From Octopus vulgaris (Eukaryota): DNA of 64,000 bases. Below, in pieces: positions 26,957 through 40,853 of the stretch (within the stretch, counting starts at the first letter, position 1; each line of letters begins with the position of its first letter). Made by a program: the position numbers and the translations under genes. The notes beneath the pieces were generated by a model. That model had not been told where the DNA came from. It ran no database searches and saw only the letters and a program-made list of their open reading frames with translations. Location: the NCBI GenBank assembly GCA_951406725.2, contig OX597819.1, positions 70,060,001 through 70,124,000 on the forward strand, read 5' to 3'.

Positions 26957-28436
26957 CTGAAATTCAAAAATTACTTTCCAATTAATTCTTTGAAAAAACA
27001 ATTGGTGAAAACCAAGAACAAGAATTTAGAATGACATTGCCATTTTTTTTATATATAGTTTTTTTTAACTTTGAAATTTCAAATTCATGAAACAAGCTTT
27101 TCATCATTTTAACACTCACTTTTCCATTCTTGCAAGGGTCAAATGAAATTTATAAACTGTTATGGGGATAACAGTAGTATTGGTACACTCCTCCCACATG
27201 ATGAGTGGTATGTGCTAGTCATTATAAATACTGTAAGTCAGTCTCAGAAGTTGTAGAAAGTACAGAGTAGACAGTTATAGATAGTCATGGTCTTAATTGT
27301 TTAACTAAACAACTATACTGGATTGAGTGTTACAACAGCCTGACAAAGAATTACAACATTAACACAGATTTTCTATAGCTAGATGCCTTTCCTGTCATCA
27401 ACCTTTACTTGTTTCCAAGCAAAGTAATAATTCTGATTGAAACAGTGAACCATAGCAATGTTTAGAATCAGAAGGGTTATTCAAGCAACCTTAATTCTCA
27501 TGGGCAGCTAGCATGGTGCCTGATTTTGGCCATTTTGGTGAAGAAAAAATATTTTTTAATTTAATACAATTAAATAACATTTTTGTTCCAGTTTCATCAG
27601 CAATTTGAAACCTAAACACAGAAAGAGACAAAATCTCACCAAAATTATATTTGAAGAGGATGGTCACTGCTTGAATCAAATTTAATGGCAGAAAGACAAT
27701 GACAGATAGGAACCTTATACATGAACAGGGGTGGGGGGAGAATCAATCTATGAGAAACAGGATTCTTGGATGATCTGGGACCCATTCCTAAACTGATATG
27801 TGAACTGTACAATAAAATGACCTGAGCTGAAAAATATAACTGCAGTGGGTTTGAACTCACAAACAAGGAGCTCATAAAGGATCAACATTCACCAACAAAC
27901 TGGTAGGTCAAGGTTTATTAATGAAAAAGGTGAATCAAAGTTCCAGTGAAAACCTCAATAAAATGCAGAAGTGGCTGTGTGGTAAGTAGCTTGCTTCCCA
28001 ACCACATGGTTCTAGGTTCAGTCCAACAACGTGGCACCTTGGACAAATGTCTTCTACTATAGCCTTGGGCTAACCAAAGCCTTGAGAGTGGATTTGGTAG
28101 ATGGAAACTGAAAGAATCCCGTCATGTGTGTGTGTATGTCTCTTACCACAGCTTCACAACCAGTGTTGGTGTGTTTACATCCACTGTAACTTAGTGGTTT
28201 TGGCAAAAGAGACTGATAGAATAAATCAAACTTAAAAAAATAGTTCTGGAGTTGATTCATTCAACTAAAAGATTCTTCAAGGTTGTGCCCCAGCATGGCC
28301 ACAGTCTAATGACTGAAACAAAAAAAAGGCGAAAAATAATGAAAGAATGGTTTGCGAATCACCAAAGAAAGACTGAATTAATTTTTTGTCTTCTTTTGTT
28401 TGTTTTTATTGGGTTTTTTTTTTAATTGTTACTTAC

Positions 28437-28576
28437 TTTTGAGAATGATTCTCTTTTGGTCTTGTTTTTCTCAGCCAATTTCTTCTTCCAGTCTGGAACA
28501 GCTTCAGAAATACTTGAAACTGAGAAGGATAAGTTCTGAGTGCTTGACACTGACCTCCGCTGTTGTGAGATTTTAT
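28437..28576 (-). CDS. Coding exon (140 nt, phase 1 to 0)
   Basis: Acceptor tgtgttttag|AT, donor AAA|gtaagt. Encodes DKISQQRRSVSS...VPDWKKKLAEKNKTKRESFSK. Confidence 0.85.
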
Positions 28577-29815
28577 CTAAAACACAAAGAAATAGCGAAA
28601 TGAAATGGAAACATCTAAACTGACACACACACACACATTCTCATTCACTTTTTCTCTCTCTCTCCCTCTATCTATGTATCTGTCTCTTGCAGTAGTAGTT
28701 GGTGGTGGTGGTGGTGGTGTGTGTGTGTATGAAGGGGGTCCTGAACACTCATCTCTTGTTACTATTTTATGGAGCTACACAACAAAATCAGTAAAGGCAC
28801 ATGGCCTACTAGTTCAAGTTCTGCACCCATGACTGCAAGATTGTGGTTTCAATTCCAGGACCAGGAGGCGTGTTGTGTTCTTGAGCAAAAACACTTCATT
28901 TCCCATGTTGGTTCAGTCCACTCAGGCGTAAAAGAGGTACCATGCAACAGACTGGTGTCCTGTGTAGAAAGGGTAGGGTTGTGATCTTGGTCAATTCTTC
29001 TCCATGGAAACCAGACAACCAGCCTCATCAAATCCAGAACTTGAGATGATAACATCTGAAGATTTATTTTTCACTAGTTTTAGTCATTAGACTGTGACCG
29101 TGCTGGGGCACTGCCTTAAAGAAGTTTTAGTCAAACAAATCAACCCTGGTAATTATCTACTTTTTTTTAAAGCCTGGTACTTATTCTATAAGTCTTTTTT
29201 GCTGAACCACTAAGTTATGAAGACATAGACAAACCAACAGCAGTGGTCAAGTGGCAGTGGTGGTGGACAAATACAGACACACGCACACACACACATATGA
29301 CAGGCTTCTTTCAGTTTCCGCCTACCAAATCTACTTACAAGGCTTTGGTCAGCACAGGACTATAGTAAAAAACACTTGGCCAAGGCGCCATGCAGTGGGA
29401 CTGAACCTTGAGCCATGAGGTTGGGAAGCAAGCTTCTTACCACACAGCCATGCCTGCGCCTATCACAGCAATTTTTCTGCACATTCAGTAATATCAACCT
29501 CAGCAACAACAGCTATGGGGTTAAGAAGTTCACATCCCAAGAACATGGCTTCTGGTTCAATCCCACTGCACAGTACTTTAGGTGAGTGTCTCTTGCTGTA
29601 GGCCCAGGATACCAAAAACTCTGTGAGTGAATTTGGTAGATGAAGTTATAAAACGCCTGCTGCTGTGTGGGGTGGGGGAGAGGTGTTTGGCTTAGAGGCT
29701 AGGATATTTGGCTGATGATCATAAGGTTACGAGGTCAATTCCAAGCAGCATATTATTTCAAAGGACCAACTCTGTTACATTGTGTCATTCTAAATCTCCC
29801 TGAGAACTACATTAA

Positions 29816-30035
29816 CCCTTTCATTACCAACCCGGCTGAAACCAACTCTGGCTCTGAGTACAAATGTCTTGCTTTCATAAGTTTTGAATTAAAATCTTCC
29901 ACCAAACCTTAGTCACAATTTATTCTCTTAACACTAGCTGAATGATAACCAAGTTACTTTACTAAATTCTTTGTTATATTTAAAGTAATTGAAAGAAACA
30001 CAGAGCATCTCAAAATAAATATAGTAACAAAAGGA
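29816..30035. mobile_element. piggyBac-like MITE inserted at TTAA inside a SINE
   Basis: ttaa-ccctttcattacc...gtaacaaaagga-ttaa. The host repeat (tgagaactacattaag...gtctgtggagtgctcagccacttgcac) resumes after it. Confidence 0.7.
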
Positions 30036-30333
30036 TTAAGGACACATGTGTCTGTGGAGTGCTCAGCCACTTGCACGTTAATTTTGCAAACAGTTAGTTC
30101 AGCTGAGAGGATCAACAACTGGAACCCTCATCATCATAACCAACGGGGTGCCAGTGTGTGTATGTGTGTTTGTGCATACGTGTTTATAAGTGCAGGCACG
30201 GCCGTACGGTTGAGCCTTACCCAGATTGTTGCAAATAAGATCTAACAAGGTTGAAACAACAATGTATCAGTGGTCAAGCTCACGCAAATGCTAGGTTCAA
30301 GATTTATTTTATGGCAAAATAACAAATAAATAC

Positions 30334-30374
30334 CTGATTCTTGACTCTTTCTCCGGTATGTTGTTGGTGTAGAC
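30334..30374 (-). CDS. Micro-exon (41 nt, phase 2 to 1)
   Basis: Acceptor ttttctgtatttttag|G, donor TCAG|gtattt. Encodes (W)STPTTYRRKSQES and exactly bridges the phases of the flanking exons. Confidence 0.75.
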
Positions 30375-30666
30375 CTAAAAATACAGAAAATAAACATAAG
30401 TAGTAAAGAAAAAACATTATTAAAATACAATAATCATGTGAAAGATATAATGTCTTCTAAACAACCGATTCTTATTACAATTCTTGTCAATCTAGATTGT
30501 ATGTATTTTCATTATACATGTTTTTTAAATATGTATAGCCAATAAAAACATGTGTATAGATAGACAGCTATAGAAATATGCATATAGATAGACAGGTATA
30601 TGTGTACATACATACATACATACATACATACATACATACATACAGACAGACAGACAGACAGACAGT

Positions 30667-30759
<93 letters not shown>

Positions 30760-30774
30760 GTATATATATGTATA

Positions 30775-31937
30775 TTGGATCATCCTATAAATAATGTGGA
30801 TTTTTCAATTGCATGAACTAAAAGTCGGAGAGGGATGGGATAAACTGCCTGCATCAACTTGCTATAAAAGCAGGTAGTAATTTTTCCTTGTCCTTATTCT
30901 TAGTGCAAGTTTTGAAGGGTGCAGTTCAATTTCAACAGTTATTTTTCCAAAGCTATAATGGAAGTGACAAAGGAGCATATTTGGCATGTTTTGCTTTATG
31001 AGTTCAATAAAGGCAGCAACGCAATGGAAAGTGCAAGGAATATTAATGCAGTATTTGGGGATTGGACAATAAGCATAAGACAGTATCAATGGTGTTGCAG
31101 GAATTCTGAACCTGAAACTGCAACCTAGAAGATGAGCCTTATCCTGGAAGATCTGTAGAGCTTGATGAGGATGTCCTGCAAACCCTGGTGAAACAAAATC
31201 CTATCGTAACTGTTGAGGAACTAGCAGAGAAGCTTGGATTTGGTCAGTCAACCATTCATCAACACCTGCATGCCATCAGAAAAGTCAGCAAATTGGGTCA
31301 ATGGTTTCCTCACAAACTGAGTCTAATTTCATGCAGAGAGTGAATGTGTGCTCTTCTTTGCTGTCATGTCTCACAAATGAACCTTTTTTTGGATCGAATA
31401 GTGACCGGTGGCAAGTAAAGGATTCTCTATAAAAATGCCAATTGTCAACTTTTAAACCTAAACCAATTGATAACAAATGAGATCTATTGTGAGTAGCTTG
31501 AGTTAGCTCTAGAAGAAAAACGACCATCTGTGGTTTCAAGACAAAAGGTGTTCTTCCATCAGGATAATGCTCAGCCATATACAGCGAGGATGACATTTCA
31601 AAGGCTGGAGCAGTTTGAATGGGAAACGATGCCCCACCCACCGTATTCCCTGGACATTGCCCCATCAGATTTATCATTTATTTCATAGTCTACAAAATCA
31701 TTTGGACGGAAAAAATATGAATTCCGTAGACGAGGTCAGAACAGTACTAGAGGAGTATATTTTTCATCATGGATAATTGAATTTTGGAAGAGGGGCCTTG
31801 CAAGTCTACCAGAAAGAAAGAAGAGCATTGCAGAAAATAAAGGAGAGTATATTTTGGATTAAAAAAGAACTTTGTTTATCTTAATTTTGAAAAATAAAAG
31901 AAATATTAAAAAATGCATTATTTATGGGATGACCAAA
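30775..31937 (+). mobile_element. Near full-length decayed mariner (DD34D-type) with frameshifted transposase, in an intron
   Basis: TIRs ttggatcatcctataaataatg / cattatttatgggatgaccaaa with flanking TA. ATG at 30958 (MEVTKEHIWHVLLYEF). IVTG, HQDNA and PPYSLDIAPSD motifs occur in broken frames. Confidence 0.9.
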
Positions 31938-31950
31938 TATACATAAATAC

Positions 31951-32008
<58 letters not shown>

Positions 32009-32189
32009 CATCATCATCATCGTTTAACGTCCGTTCTCCATGCTAGCATGGGTTGGACGGTTCGACCGGGGTTCTGGGAAGCCAGAAGGCTGCACCAGGC
32101 TCCAGTCTAATCTGGCAATGTTTCTACAGCTGGATGCCCTTCCTAATGCCAACCACTCCGTGAGTGTAGTGGGTGCTTTTTACGTGCCA

Positions 32190-32335
32190 TATATATATAT
32201 GTATGTCTGTATATATGTATGTATGTGTATATGTATATATATATGTGTGTATGTCTGTATATATGTATGTATATACATATATGTATGTATGTGTGTGTGT
32301 GTGTGTATATATATATATGTATATATATTTGTATG

Positions 32336-32417
<82 letters not shown>

Positions 32418-32419
32418 TC

Positions 32420-32489
<70 letters not shown>

Positions 32490-32502
32490 GTATATATATT
32501 TG

Positions 32503-32533
<31 letters not shown>

Positions 32534-32692
32534 GCAATTATATATATATATACACCCAATATATATATATATATACGTATATATATTTGTATCTATCTAT
32601 ATATTTGTATCTATCTATATATATATATATATATATACACTCGTATATGTATTTGTATATATATATATATATATATATAACACTCGTATATG

Positions 32693-32734
<42 letters not shown>

Positions 32735-32743
32735 TCGTATATG

Positions 32744-32784
<41 letters not shown>

Positions 32785-32831
32785 CGTATATGTATTTGTA
32801 TATATATATATATATATATACTCGTATATGT

Positions 32832-32866
<35 letters not shown>

Positions 32867-32885
32867 GTATATATATTTGTATCTA

Positions 32886-32923
<38 letters not shown>

Positions 32924-32925
32924 CG
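32190..32925. repeat. Compound (TA)n microsatellite with a higher-order spacer unit (cactcgtatatgtatt)
   Basis: Direct reading. Representative of many microsatellite tracts (e.g. 622-870, 8200-9035, 40710-41125, 46250-46900, 53500-53945). Confidence 0.95.
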
Positions 32926-33191
32926 CATGCAGACTTATAAGTACGCAGACACACACGCCTACACACACACATAAATTTCAGGCAGTTTGGTTTCACTCCA
33001 ATAAAATTCTTTAAGAAATTTTTTTTTTTTTTTTAATATTAGTCATCTTTCTAATATGTCATACACACACACACACACGTTTTTAGATAACAACAGACAG
33101 ACGAACAAACAGACAAACAGCCAGGCAGGCAGGCAGGCAGAAAGGCAAGTGAAGCAGAGAGAGAAATGGAGAGACAGATGAATGTACTGAC

Positions 33192-33591
33192 CAGCTTTCA
33201 TTCGGTTTTGACTCAGTCTTGTTATCATCAATTTTGTGTTTCTGCAGTGAAGATGACGATAATGATGATGATGAGGACAGTTTTTTCCCTTCCTTATTTA
33301 TCACAGGCTTCTTGTTTTCCCATAAAACAGGGGTTTTATTTGTGTCTTTCAGTGGCGTGGAAGAACTAGTGAACAAACTGGATGGCCTGGTCTTACTGAT
33401 TTCGGCACCATTAATGTTGGTTTTTGGAGTCTGGTATGTTTCCCGGATTTTCGGAGTTTGCTCTTTATCAGATTCTTTCTCTGTTGGAGATTTCACACAA
33501 TCAAATTTAGAAAAAATGCGACCAACTTTTTTTCCAGAGAAATCTTTGAGCCAAGGTGGGTCTTTCTGAACTTTGGTATCAGATTTTTTTT
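33192..33591 (-). CDS. Coding exon (400 nt, phase 1 to 2)
   Basis: Acceptor ccttttgtag|AA, donor AGCTG|gtcagt. Encodes EKKSDTKVQKDPPWLKDF...ESKPNES(W). Phase matches both neighbours. Confidence 0.85.
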
Positions 33592-34267
33592 CTACAAAAG
33601 GATAGAGCAAAAAAAAAGAAAAGATAAAAGATGTAAACTAGATGATGAGAGAGAGAGCTTTCGTTTTTGGTTCACTTTAGAATGGAAGCATTTTGGAAAT
33701 GCATAAAAAAAGATTAACTTATCAAAATGGTTAGTCAAAATGTAATTTGAAATTAATGGTATAGTTATGGGAGATTTTTATTGAAATGTGTAACGGTGAC
33801 TTCCTTCATAAAAACAGAACAAATTTAATGAAAAAAATAACATTCATAGCAAAGAGAAATTAATTACTGAAAAAGGAAACTGTGTCTGATTCTTTTGCAA
33901 GTTTTAGGATCCTGGAATTCTTCAGTTTATGAAGAGAAAAGGAAAAGAAAAGAAAAAAGGAAGGAAAGGGAGGGAGGGAGGGGGAGGAAAGACAGAAGGA
34001 AGGAATGAAGGAACGAACGAACGAACGAACGAATGAAAAAAAGAAAAAAGAACGGAAAAAGATAGAAAGAAAGAAAAAAGAATGAAAAAGAAAAAAGGAA
34101 TGAAAGAAGGAATGAAAGAAAGAAAAAAGAAGGAACAAAAGAAAGAATGAAAAAAAGAAAGAACAAAGAAAGGAAGAAGGAAATAATGGAAGAATGAAAG
34201 AAAGTAAGAAAGCGAAAAAGAAAACAGATCTAAATTGAAGAAAAGAAAGAAATTAAATGTTGCTTAC

Positions 34268-35126
34268 CAAGATGAACAAAAGAAGTCGATCGCCTTGATT
34301 CTAGATTCTTAAATAATGGTTCTTTCGGAGCCAAACTGTCATCTCTTGGAGACTTTTCTTTTGCATTCTCGGGAACCTTTCGAAGAACAGATTTTACATC
34401 AAAGGAATAATTACTTTCAGAAATTGATTTTCGTTTTTTGTAATCTTCAATCAAAAGATCTTCACTTTTGTCATTTACAGAAGAGCCATCTTCTGTCTTT
34501 GACAATTCCTTTTCATTCAATGTTTCCGGCTCAACCAAATTCTTATAAATTTGTCTTTCAATACTTGATTTCGTTCTCAAAATTCTTGGACCTTTCAAAG
34601 ATTCAGTCAAATTTCCATTTGAGGTACCCTTTCGGCTTATTCTTGTATTCAGTTCGTTCAGGCTGTTTTGCCAGTTTTTGTCAACACTCTCTTCAAGGAC
34701 ATTCTCGGTGTTATTCTTGTTTGCTCCTTTACGCAAATGTGGGGGCCTGAACCTTCTGAAAGGCACTTGGGGCTCAACCGATTCTGGTACTGGTGGTGGT
34801 GATGAGAACGGCTCCGGTGAAGATAATGGTGGTGAAGACAATAACGGTGGAGGAGAAAGATCTTCTGGTGATAGCTGTAATGGTTCAGGTGTTTCACCGA
34901 TTCTCTTGGAAGATAACGATTTTTCTGTCTGTGGGCTTACCTCTTTGACGTAGTTTGGTTCAGTGTTTTGGTCACTGTCGTTGTTGTACAAGTTTCTTAA
35001 GCGAACGGCAGACTGGGTGCTAAACACAGCTTCGTTCTCCAAATTCTTTTCCCTTTTCAGTTGTAATCCAGGATCTCCATGTTTACCAGACACCTTTGGA
35101 AGGTAATCAGTGATATTTTCAGGGAC
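34268..35126 (-). CDS. Coding exon (859 nt, phase 0 to 1) of an uncharacterised low-complexity Ser/Lys/Glu/Pro-rich protein
   Basis: Open frame of 286 codons in non-repetitive sequence (VPENITDYLPK...STSFVHL). Acceptor ttttctcttgcag|GTC, donor CTTG|gtaagc. Confidence 0.85.
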
Positions 35127-35294
35127 CTGCAAGAGAAAATAGTTAAATTTCTGAATTATATATTAAGAATGCAATGAAAAATAACAACAAAATTTGCAAT
35201 CGTGATCACCATATATTTGATAGGAAGGAAGGAAGGAAGGAAGGAAGTAATAAATGTACCTCAAAAGTCAAATGTTTTAGGAGAAAGAAAGAAA

Positions 35295-35357
<63 letters not shown>

Positions 35358-35849
35358 GAGAAAGTGTACATATTAATATATATCATCATCGTCATGGTCA
35401 TCGTCATTTGATGCCCACTTTACATGCTGGCATGGGTTAGACAGTTCGACTGAGGACTGGCAAGCCAGGAGGCTGCACCAGGCTCAATCCGATCTGACAA
35501 GGTTCCTACAGCTGGATGCCCTTCCTAACACCAACCACTCCGAGAGTGTAGTGGGTGCTTTTTATGTGTCACCAGCATGAGGGGTAGTCAGGCAGCACTG
35601 GCAACAACCACACTCGAATGGTGCATTTTACATGCCACCAGCACAAGACCAGTCAGGCAGTACTGGCATCGAGCATTTTATGTGCCACTGGCATGGGTGC
35701 CAGTCAGGTGAAACTGACATTGGCCACAACAATGATTTTGCTTGACTCATCAGGTCTTCACAAGCACAGTTTATTGCCCAGTGATTGAAGGGTACTCTTA
35801 AATGGGTCAGTTATGCTACCCTGGCATAGTCCACACTTATGGTCTCACC

Positions 35850-36850
35850 TGGCTGGCTGGGTCTTCTCAAGCACAGCATATCTCCAAAGGTCTCAGTCGC
35901 TTGTCATTGCCTCTGTGAGGCCCAACATTTGAAGGTCATGCTCCACCAGGTTTTCCTGGGTCTTCCTTCACTTTTAGGATGTGACACTTCTTCACACAGC
36001 TGTCCTCATCCATACACAACACATGACCATACCAGCACAGTTGTCTCTCTTGCACACCACATCTGATACTTCTTATGTCCAACTCAGGGCACTTACACTC
36101 TGTCGTGTATGCACACTGATATTACACATCCAGAGGAGCATACTAGCTTTATTTCTTGCAAGCTTATGCATGTCCACAGTAGTCACAGCCCATGTTTCAC
36201 TGCCAGGTAGCATCATACAGTCTATCTTTCACTGTGAGCAATAGGCCCTTTATTAGCAGCAGAGGTAGAAGCTCCCTGAACTTTGCCCTGTTATTCTTAT
36301 TCTAGCAGCTATGATCCCAAAGCATCCACCCCTGCTCCTGACTTGGTCACCTAGGTAATGGAAGCTATCAACTACTTCTAGTTTTTCTCCCTGGCATGTC
36401 TCAGAAGCTGTTTTCTGCACATTTTCAGTGTTTACTACCCCTGTGCATTTGCCACACACAAAAACTATATTCCCAGGTAGCCTTCCTTTGATATTGCAGC
36501 ACCTCTTATGTGTCCATAGCTTACACTGGGTACATCTTATGGAGCTTCTACCTACACCTTTTCTACAGATCAAGCAGGACCATCTACCTGAAGGGATTTG
36601 TGATTTTTCAGCCTTCCTACTTACTAAGACTTTGGTTTTTGCTAAATTGACTCTAAGGCCCTTCAATTCTAGACCTTGCTTCTATACTTGAAATTTCTCC
36701 TCTAGTTCTGATAGTGACTCAGCAATTACAGCAAGGTCATCAACATAGAAGTGTTCCCAGTGGAATCTTGTCTTGAATTCCTCTGTTATTGCCTGGAGAA
36801 CTATGAGGAATATAAGAAGGGGCTGAGGACTGATATTGGTGGACCTCTAC
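35850..36850 (-). mobile_element. RTE-type LINE fragment with Cys-rich insert
   Basis: KGLRVNLAKTKVL...CLICRKGVGRSSIRCTQCKLWTHKRC...LEVVDSFHYLGD. YVDDL-like motif near 36745. Confidence 0.85.
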
Positions 36851-37816
36851 TCCTATCCAGAATTCTTAGGGTGCATCTAATCAACCCATGTGTCTTTTAT
36901 GTCATCAAATACAGTATGTTCCTACTTCATTCTGCGTCCTTCCTTTTTTTAAGGTTGCAGGGTCCAATGTGAGAAATTTAGTTGCTATTTCTAACAGGTC
37001 TAGCAACTAATGTAAAGTCTCACTTCATCATCATGATGATGACGATGATGATGGTGGTGGTGGTAGTGGTGGTGGTATAGTGTTGAAGATGTAGTGGTGA
37101 TGATGATGATGGTAGTGGTGTTGAAGATATTATTGGTCTTTGGGGACAGTTTTTGAAATGAAAGAATGTTTTATATGATATCAAATATGGTAGTTGTGGA
37201 AAGCTAATGTTTAAAGAGAAAAAAAAGATGGGAAACTCAGGTTGGAACATTTAATGTCAATTAGGGTTGAAGTCGGGGGGGGGGGGGTTAAAAGATAATG
37301 TCTACCAAAACCATCATTATCAGTTTCAAAAGTGTCACTAACATATTATTAAGATTGTTATGACCATCACCACTGCTGGAGCTGCACCTCCACTGCACTA
37401 CTGCTGCACTACTGCCTTCAACACCATTCTGCCTTTACTGCACTCCTATCACCACCACTGCACCAATTCTGCACATCCACTGCACCACCGCTGCCATCAC
37501 CACTAGCATTCCTGATCTGAACCATCGTTGCCGTCGTTATCAGATTAGGAGTCAAATTTCAGTTTTATATATTGACATGACAGAAATATTTCCACCCATA
37601 CACCGTCGCCAACACCATCATCATTATTATTATAATTATTATTATTATTATTATTGTTATTATTATTGTTATTATTATCATCCTCGTCATAAGGTCATTG
37701 GCCTATCCCCATTATCAACTGTTAACAAACATAACTGTAGATGTATTGCGAAGTACAGGAGGATGTTAACATACTTAACGGGTCAATAACTTCATGTGCA
37801 TTTACATGTGTGCCTA

Positions 37817-37872
<56 letters not shown>

Positions 37873-38163
37873 CAAGAGCATGTGTGCATGTATGAGTGTG
37901 TAGGCACAGGCATGGCTATATGATTAAGAGGTTCGCTTTTCAACCACATGGTTCTGGGTTCACTCCCTCTGCATGACACATTGGGCAAGTATCTTCTACT
38001 ATAGTTCACGGCTTACCAAAGACTTGCAGACAGAAACTGAAAGAAACCCATCATACAGACATACATTTGTATGCAAGCATGCATACACACACACATACAT
38101 ATACATAAACACACACACACACACACACAAACATACACACACACACACACATACACTCACATA

Positions 38164-38697
38164 CAGGGTGATTGAAAATTAACTCCCTATTCTAAAATAC
38201 TTATAAATTATTTATTAATTGTAATTTTTACAAAGAAATGGACATGAGAGGAAAGCTTTTAGTATGAGGTTTTATTTAAAATTTGATCTGGGCTCCAGAT
38301 GTTGCCACCAGCTTCTTGAGTTGCCCAGGAATTGCCTCAACTGATTTCACCAGAAACTCTTGTGGGATAGAAGACATAACTTCTCATATTTGCCCTTCAA
38401 GTTCTTCCTAAGTTTTTGGTTTGCTACAGTAGACTTGTTATTTTAACCAACCCCAAAGGAAGAAGTCACAAGGTGCTAAGTCATGACTCCCGGCTGGCCT
38501 CACATGCAGACAACAATGATACAGCCATCTCCTGGGAAAGCGAGCATTCAGTCATTTGTGAATGACATAAGCAATACACATAAAGAATAAGTTCTCATAC
38601 TTCAAAAACATGAACACAAAATATTTGAGAAAAAAATTACAATTAATAGATAATTAATAAGTATTTTAAAATAGGGAGTTACTTTCCAATCGCCCTG
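38164..38697. mobile_element. Tc1/mariner-derived MITE
   Basis: TIRs cagggtgattgaaaattaactccctatt / aatagggagttactttccaatcgccctg. Confidence 0.75.
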
Positions 38698-38717
38698 GGT
38701 GTACATATATATACATC

Positions 38718-38970
38718 CTTATCATCATCATCATCATCGTTTAACGTCCACTTTCCATGCTGGCATGGGTTGGACGGTTTGATTGAGGACTGGCAAGTCA
38801 GGAGGCTGCACTGGGCTCCAATCTTGATCTGGCAGAGTTTCTACAGCTGGATGCCCTTCCTAACACCAACCACTCCGAGAGTGTAGTGGGTGTTTTTTAT
38901 GTGCCACCGGCATGGGGGACAGTCAGACAGGCCTGGCATCGACCACACACGAATGGTGCTTTTTACATGC
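38718..38970 (-). mobile_element. Representative of an RTE-tail SINE/LINE 3'-end family ((CAT)n-cgtttaacgtcc...ctacagctggatgcccttcctaa)
   Basis: Copies at ~13695, 14570, 24685, 32007, 35385, 39640, 42260, 43380, 52870, 53237, 58680 and 62070, in both orientations, some with internal ~45-bp subrepeats. Confidence 0.75.
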
Positions 38971-40820
38971 TATAAAAAGTCAGGAGGTATGACAGGCGAA
39001 TATATTTATTTAAAAGCATCTCATCCTTAGGATTAACGAACTTTTCACACCCTTCTTCGTGTATTAATAATTTTAGTGTGGAATAAAATTATGTTTACAT
39101 ATTTGAGTTGATTTTGATTTTACTTGATTTAGTAGGTCTCCTCAAGCATGGCATGTCACCCGATGATTCAAGGGTACTTTTTAAATGGGCTGGTTATGCA
39201 ATACTGGTAAACGCTACAACTGTGATCTCACTTTACTTGCTGGGTCTTCTCAATCACAGCATATCTCCAGAGGACTTAGTCTCTTGGCATTGCCTATCAA
39301 AATTCAATCAAATGGAAATCAAACTGAAATCAAAATGGAAATTGTAGTTGTGGTCGATGCCAGTGCTGCCTGACTAGCTCCTGTGCTGGTGGCACGCAAT
39401 ATGCATCAATCATGCGTGGGTTGTTGCCAGTGCTGCCTGACTGGCTCCCCATGCCAGTGGCACACAAAAAGCACCATCCGAATGTGGTCAATGCCAGCAC
39501 CCCTACCCACCACCCCGAATTGTTCCCCATGCTAGTGGCACATAAAAAGCACCAGCCGAAGTGGTCAATACCAGCCCCATCAACCCCCTGCTCGTCCCTT
39601 CTTACTCCACGTGCTGCTGGCATGTAAAAAGCACCATCTGAACATGGCCATTGCCAGTGCCGCCTGACTGATCCCCCTCCCTCCCCCATGTCGGTGGCAC
39701 GTACAAAGCACCCACTACACTCTCAGAGTGGTTGGCATTAGGAAGGGCATCCAGCTGTAGAAACCTTGCTAGATCAGATTGGAGCCTGGTGCAGCCTCCT
39801 GGCTTGCCAGTCCTCAGTCAAACTATCCAACCCATGCCAGCATGGAAGGCAAACGTTAAATGATGATGATGATTTGCATTACTATAGATGCTTAGTTTGA
39901 TATAATACAGTTGTATATTCACAAATCAATACAAATAAAGAAAAAGGCGGTGAGCTGGCAGAAACGTTAGCATGCTGGGCAAAATGCTTAGTGTTATTTC
40001 GTCTGTCTTTACATTCTGAGTTCAAATTCCGCTGAGGGCGGCTTTGCCTTTCATCCTTTAGGGTTGATAAATTGACTACCAGTTGCATACTGGGGTCGAT
40101 CTAATCGACTGGTCCCCCTCCCCTAAAATTTCAGGCCTTGTGCCTAGAGTAGAAACAAATACAAATAAAGAAGTCTAGCTCTTCAGATCAACACAGCATC
40201 ATGGTTCCACCAACGATTCAACTGTGAATCATTGGTGTAACTATAATGTCTGATACTGAAGAGGAGGACGGAGAGGAGGAGGAGGATTATCATCACCATC
40301 ATCATCATTGTTACTGTAATGGTGAATACGGTTCATTGCAGATGCAGTTGTTGCTGTTCATTTTGAAACCTTTGAAGTTTACCTTTGAATTTGCTCTTGT
40401 TGTTGTTGATTAAAAGGTTGACAATAGTGCAGTAGTAGTAGTAGCAGCAGCAGCAACAACAGCAAGAGCAGAGATGGTGGTGATGGTAGTAGTAGGTGAT
40501 GGTGTTAGTAGTAGCAAGAGTGGTGGTTAATTTGGTGTTGACAACAGCAGCAAGAGCAGCAGTTGGCAATGATGATGATGATGATAACATTATCCTCATT
40601 ATCGTTTGTGCTTCTGCATCGATCGACACAACACTCTGTGCACAATGGCAGAAAGCCTGATGCAGGAACACACAGCTTAAATGTTGAGCAATTTTCTTTT
40701 ACCATTTACCACTTCCCTTCTCTCTTTCTCTCTCTCTCTCTTTCTCTCTCACTCTTTCCCACTGTTTTTCTTTTTCCCTCACTTTCTCTCTTTCTTTCTT
40801 TCTCTCTCTTTCTTTCTCTT

Positions 40821-40853
<33 letters not shown>

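Noticed and set aside
33868-33919. Possible extra exon between 34268 and 33591
   Set aside because: 52 nt would shift the frame, the splice sites are weak, and the flanking exons already join in phase.
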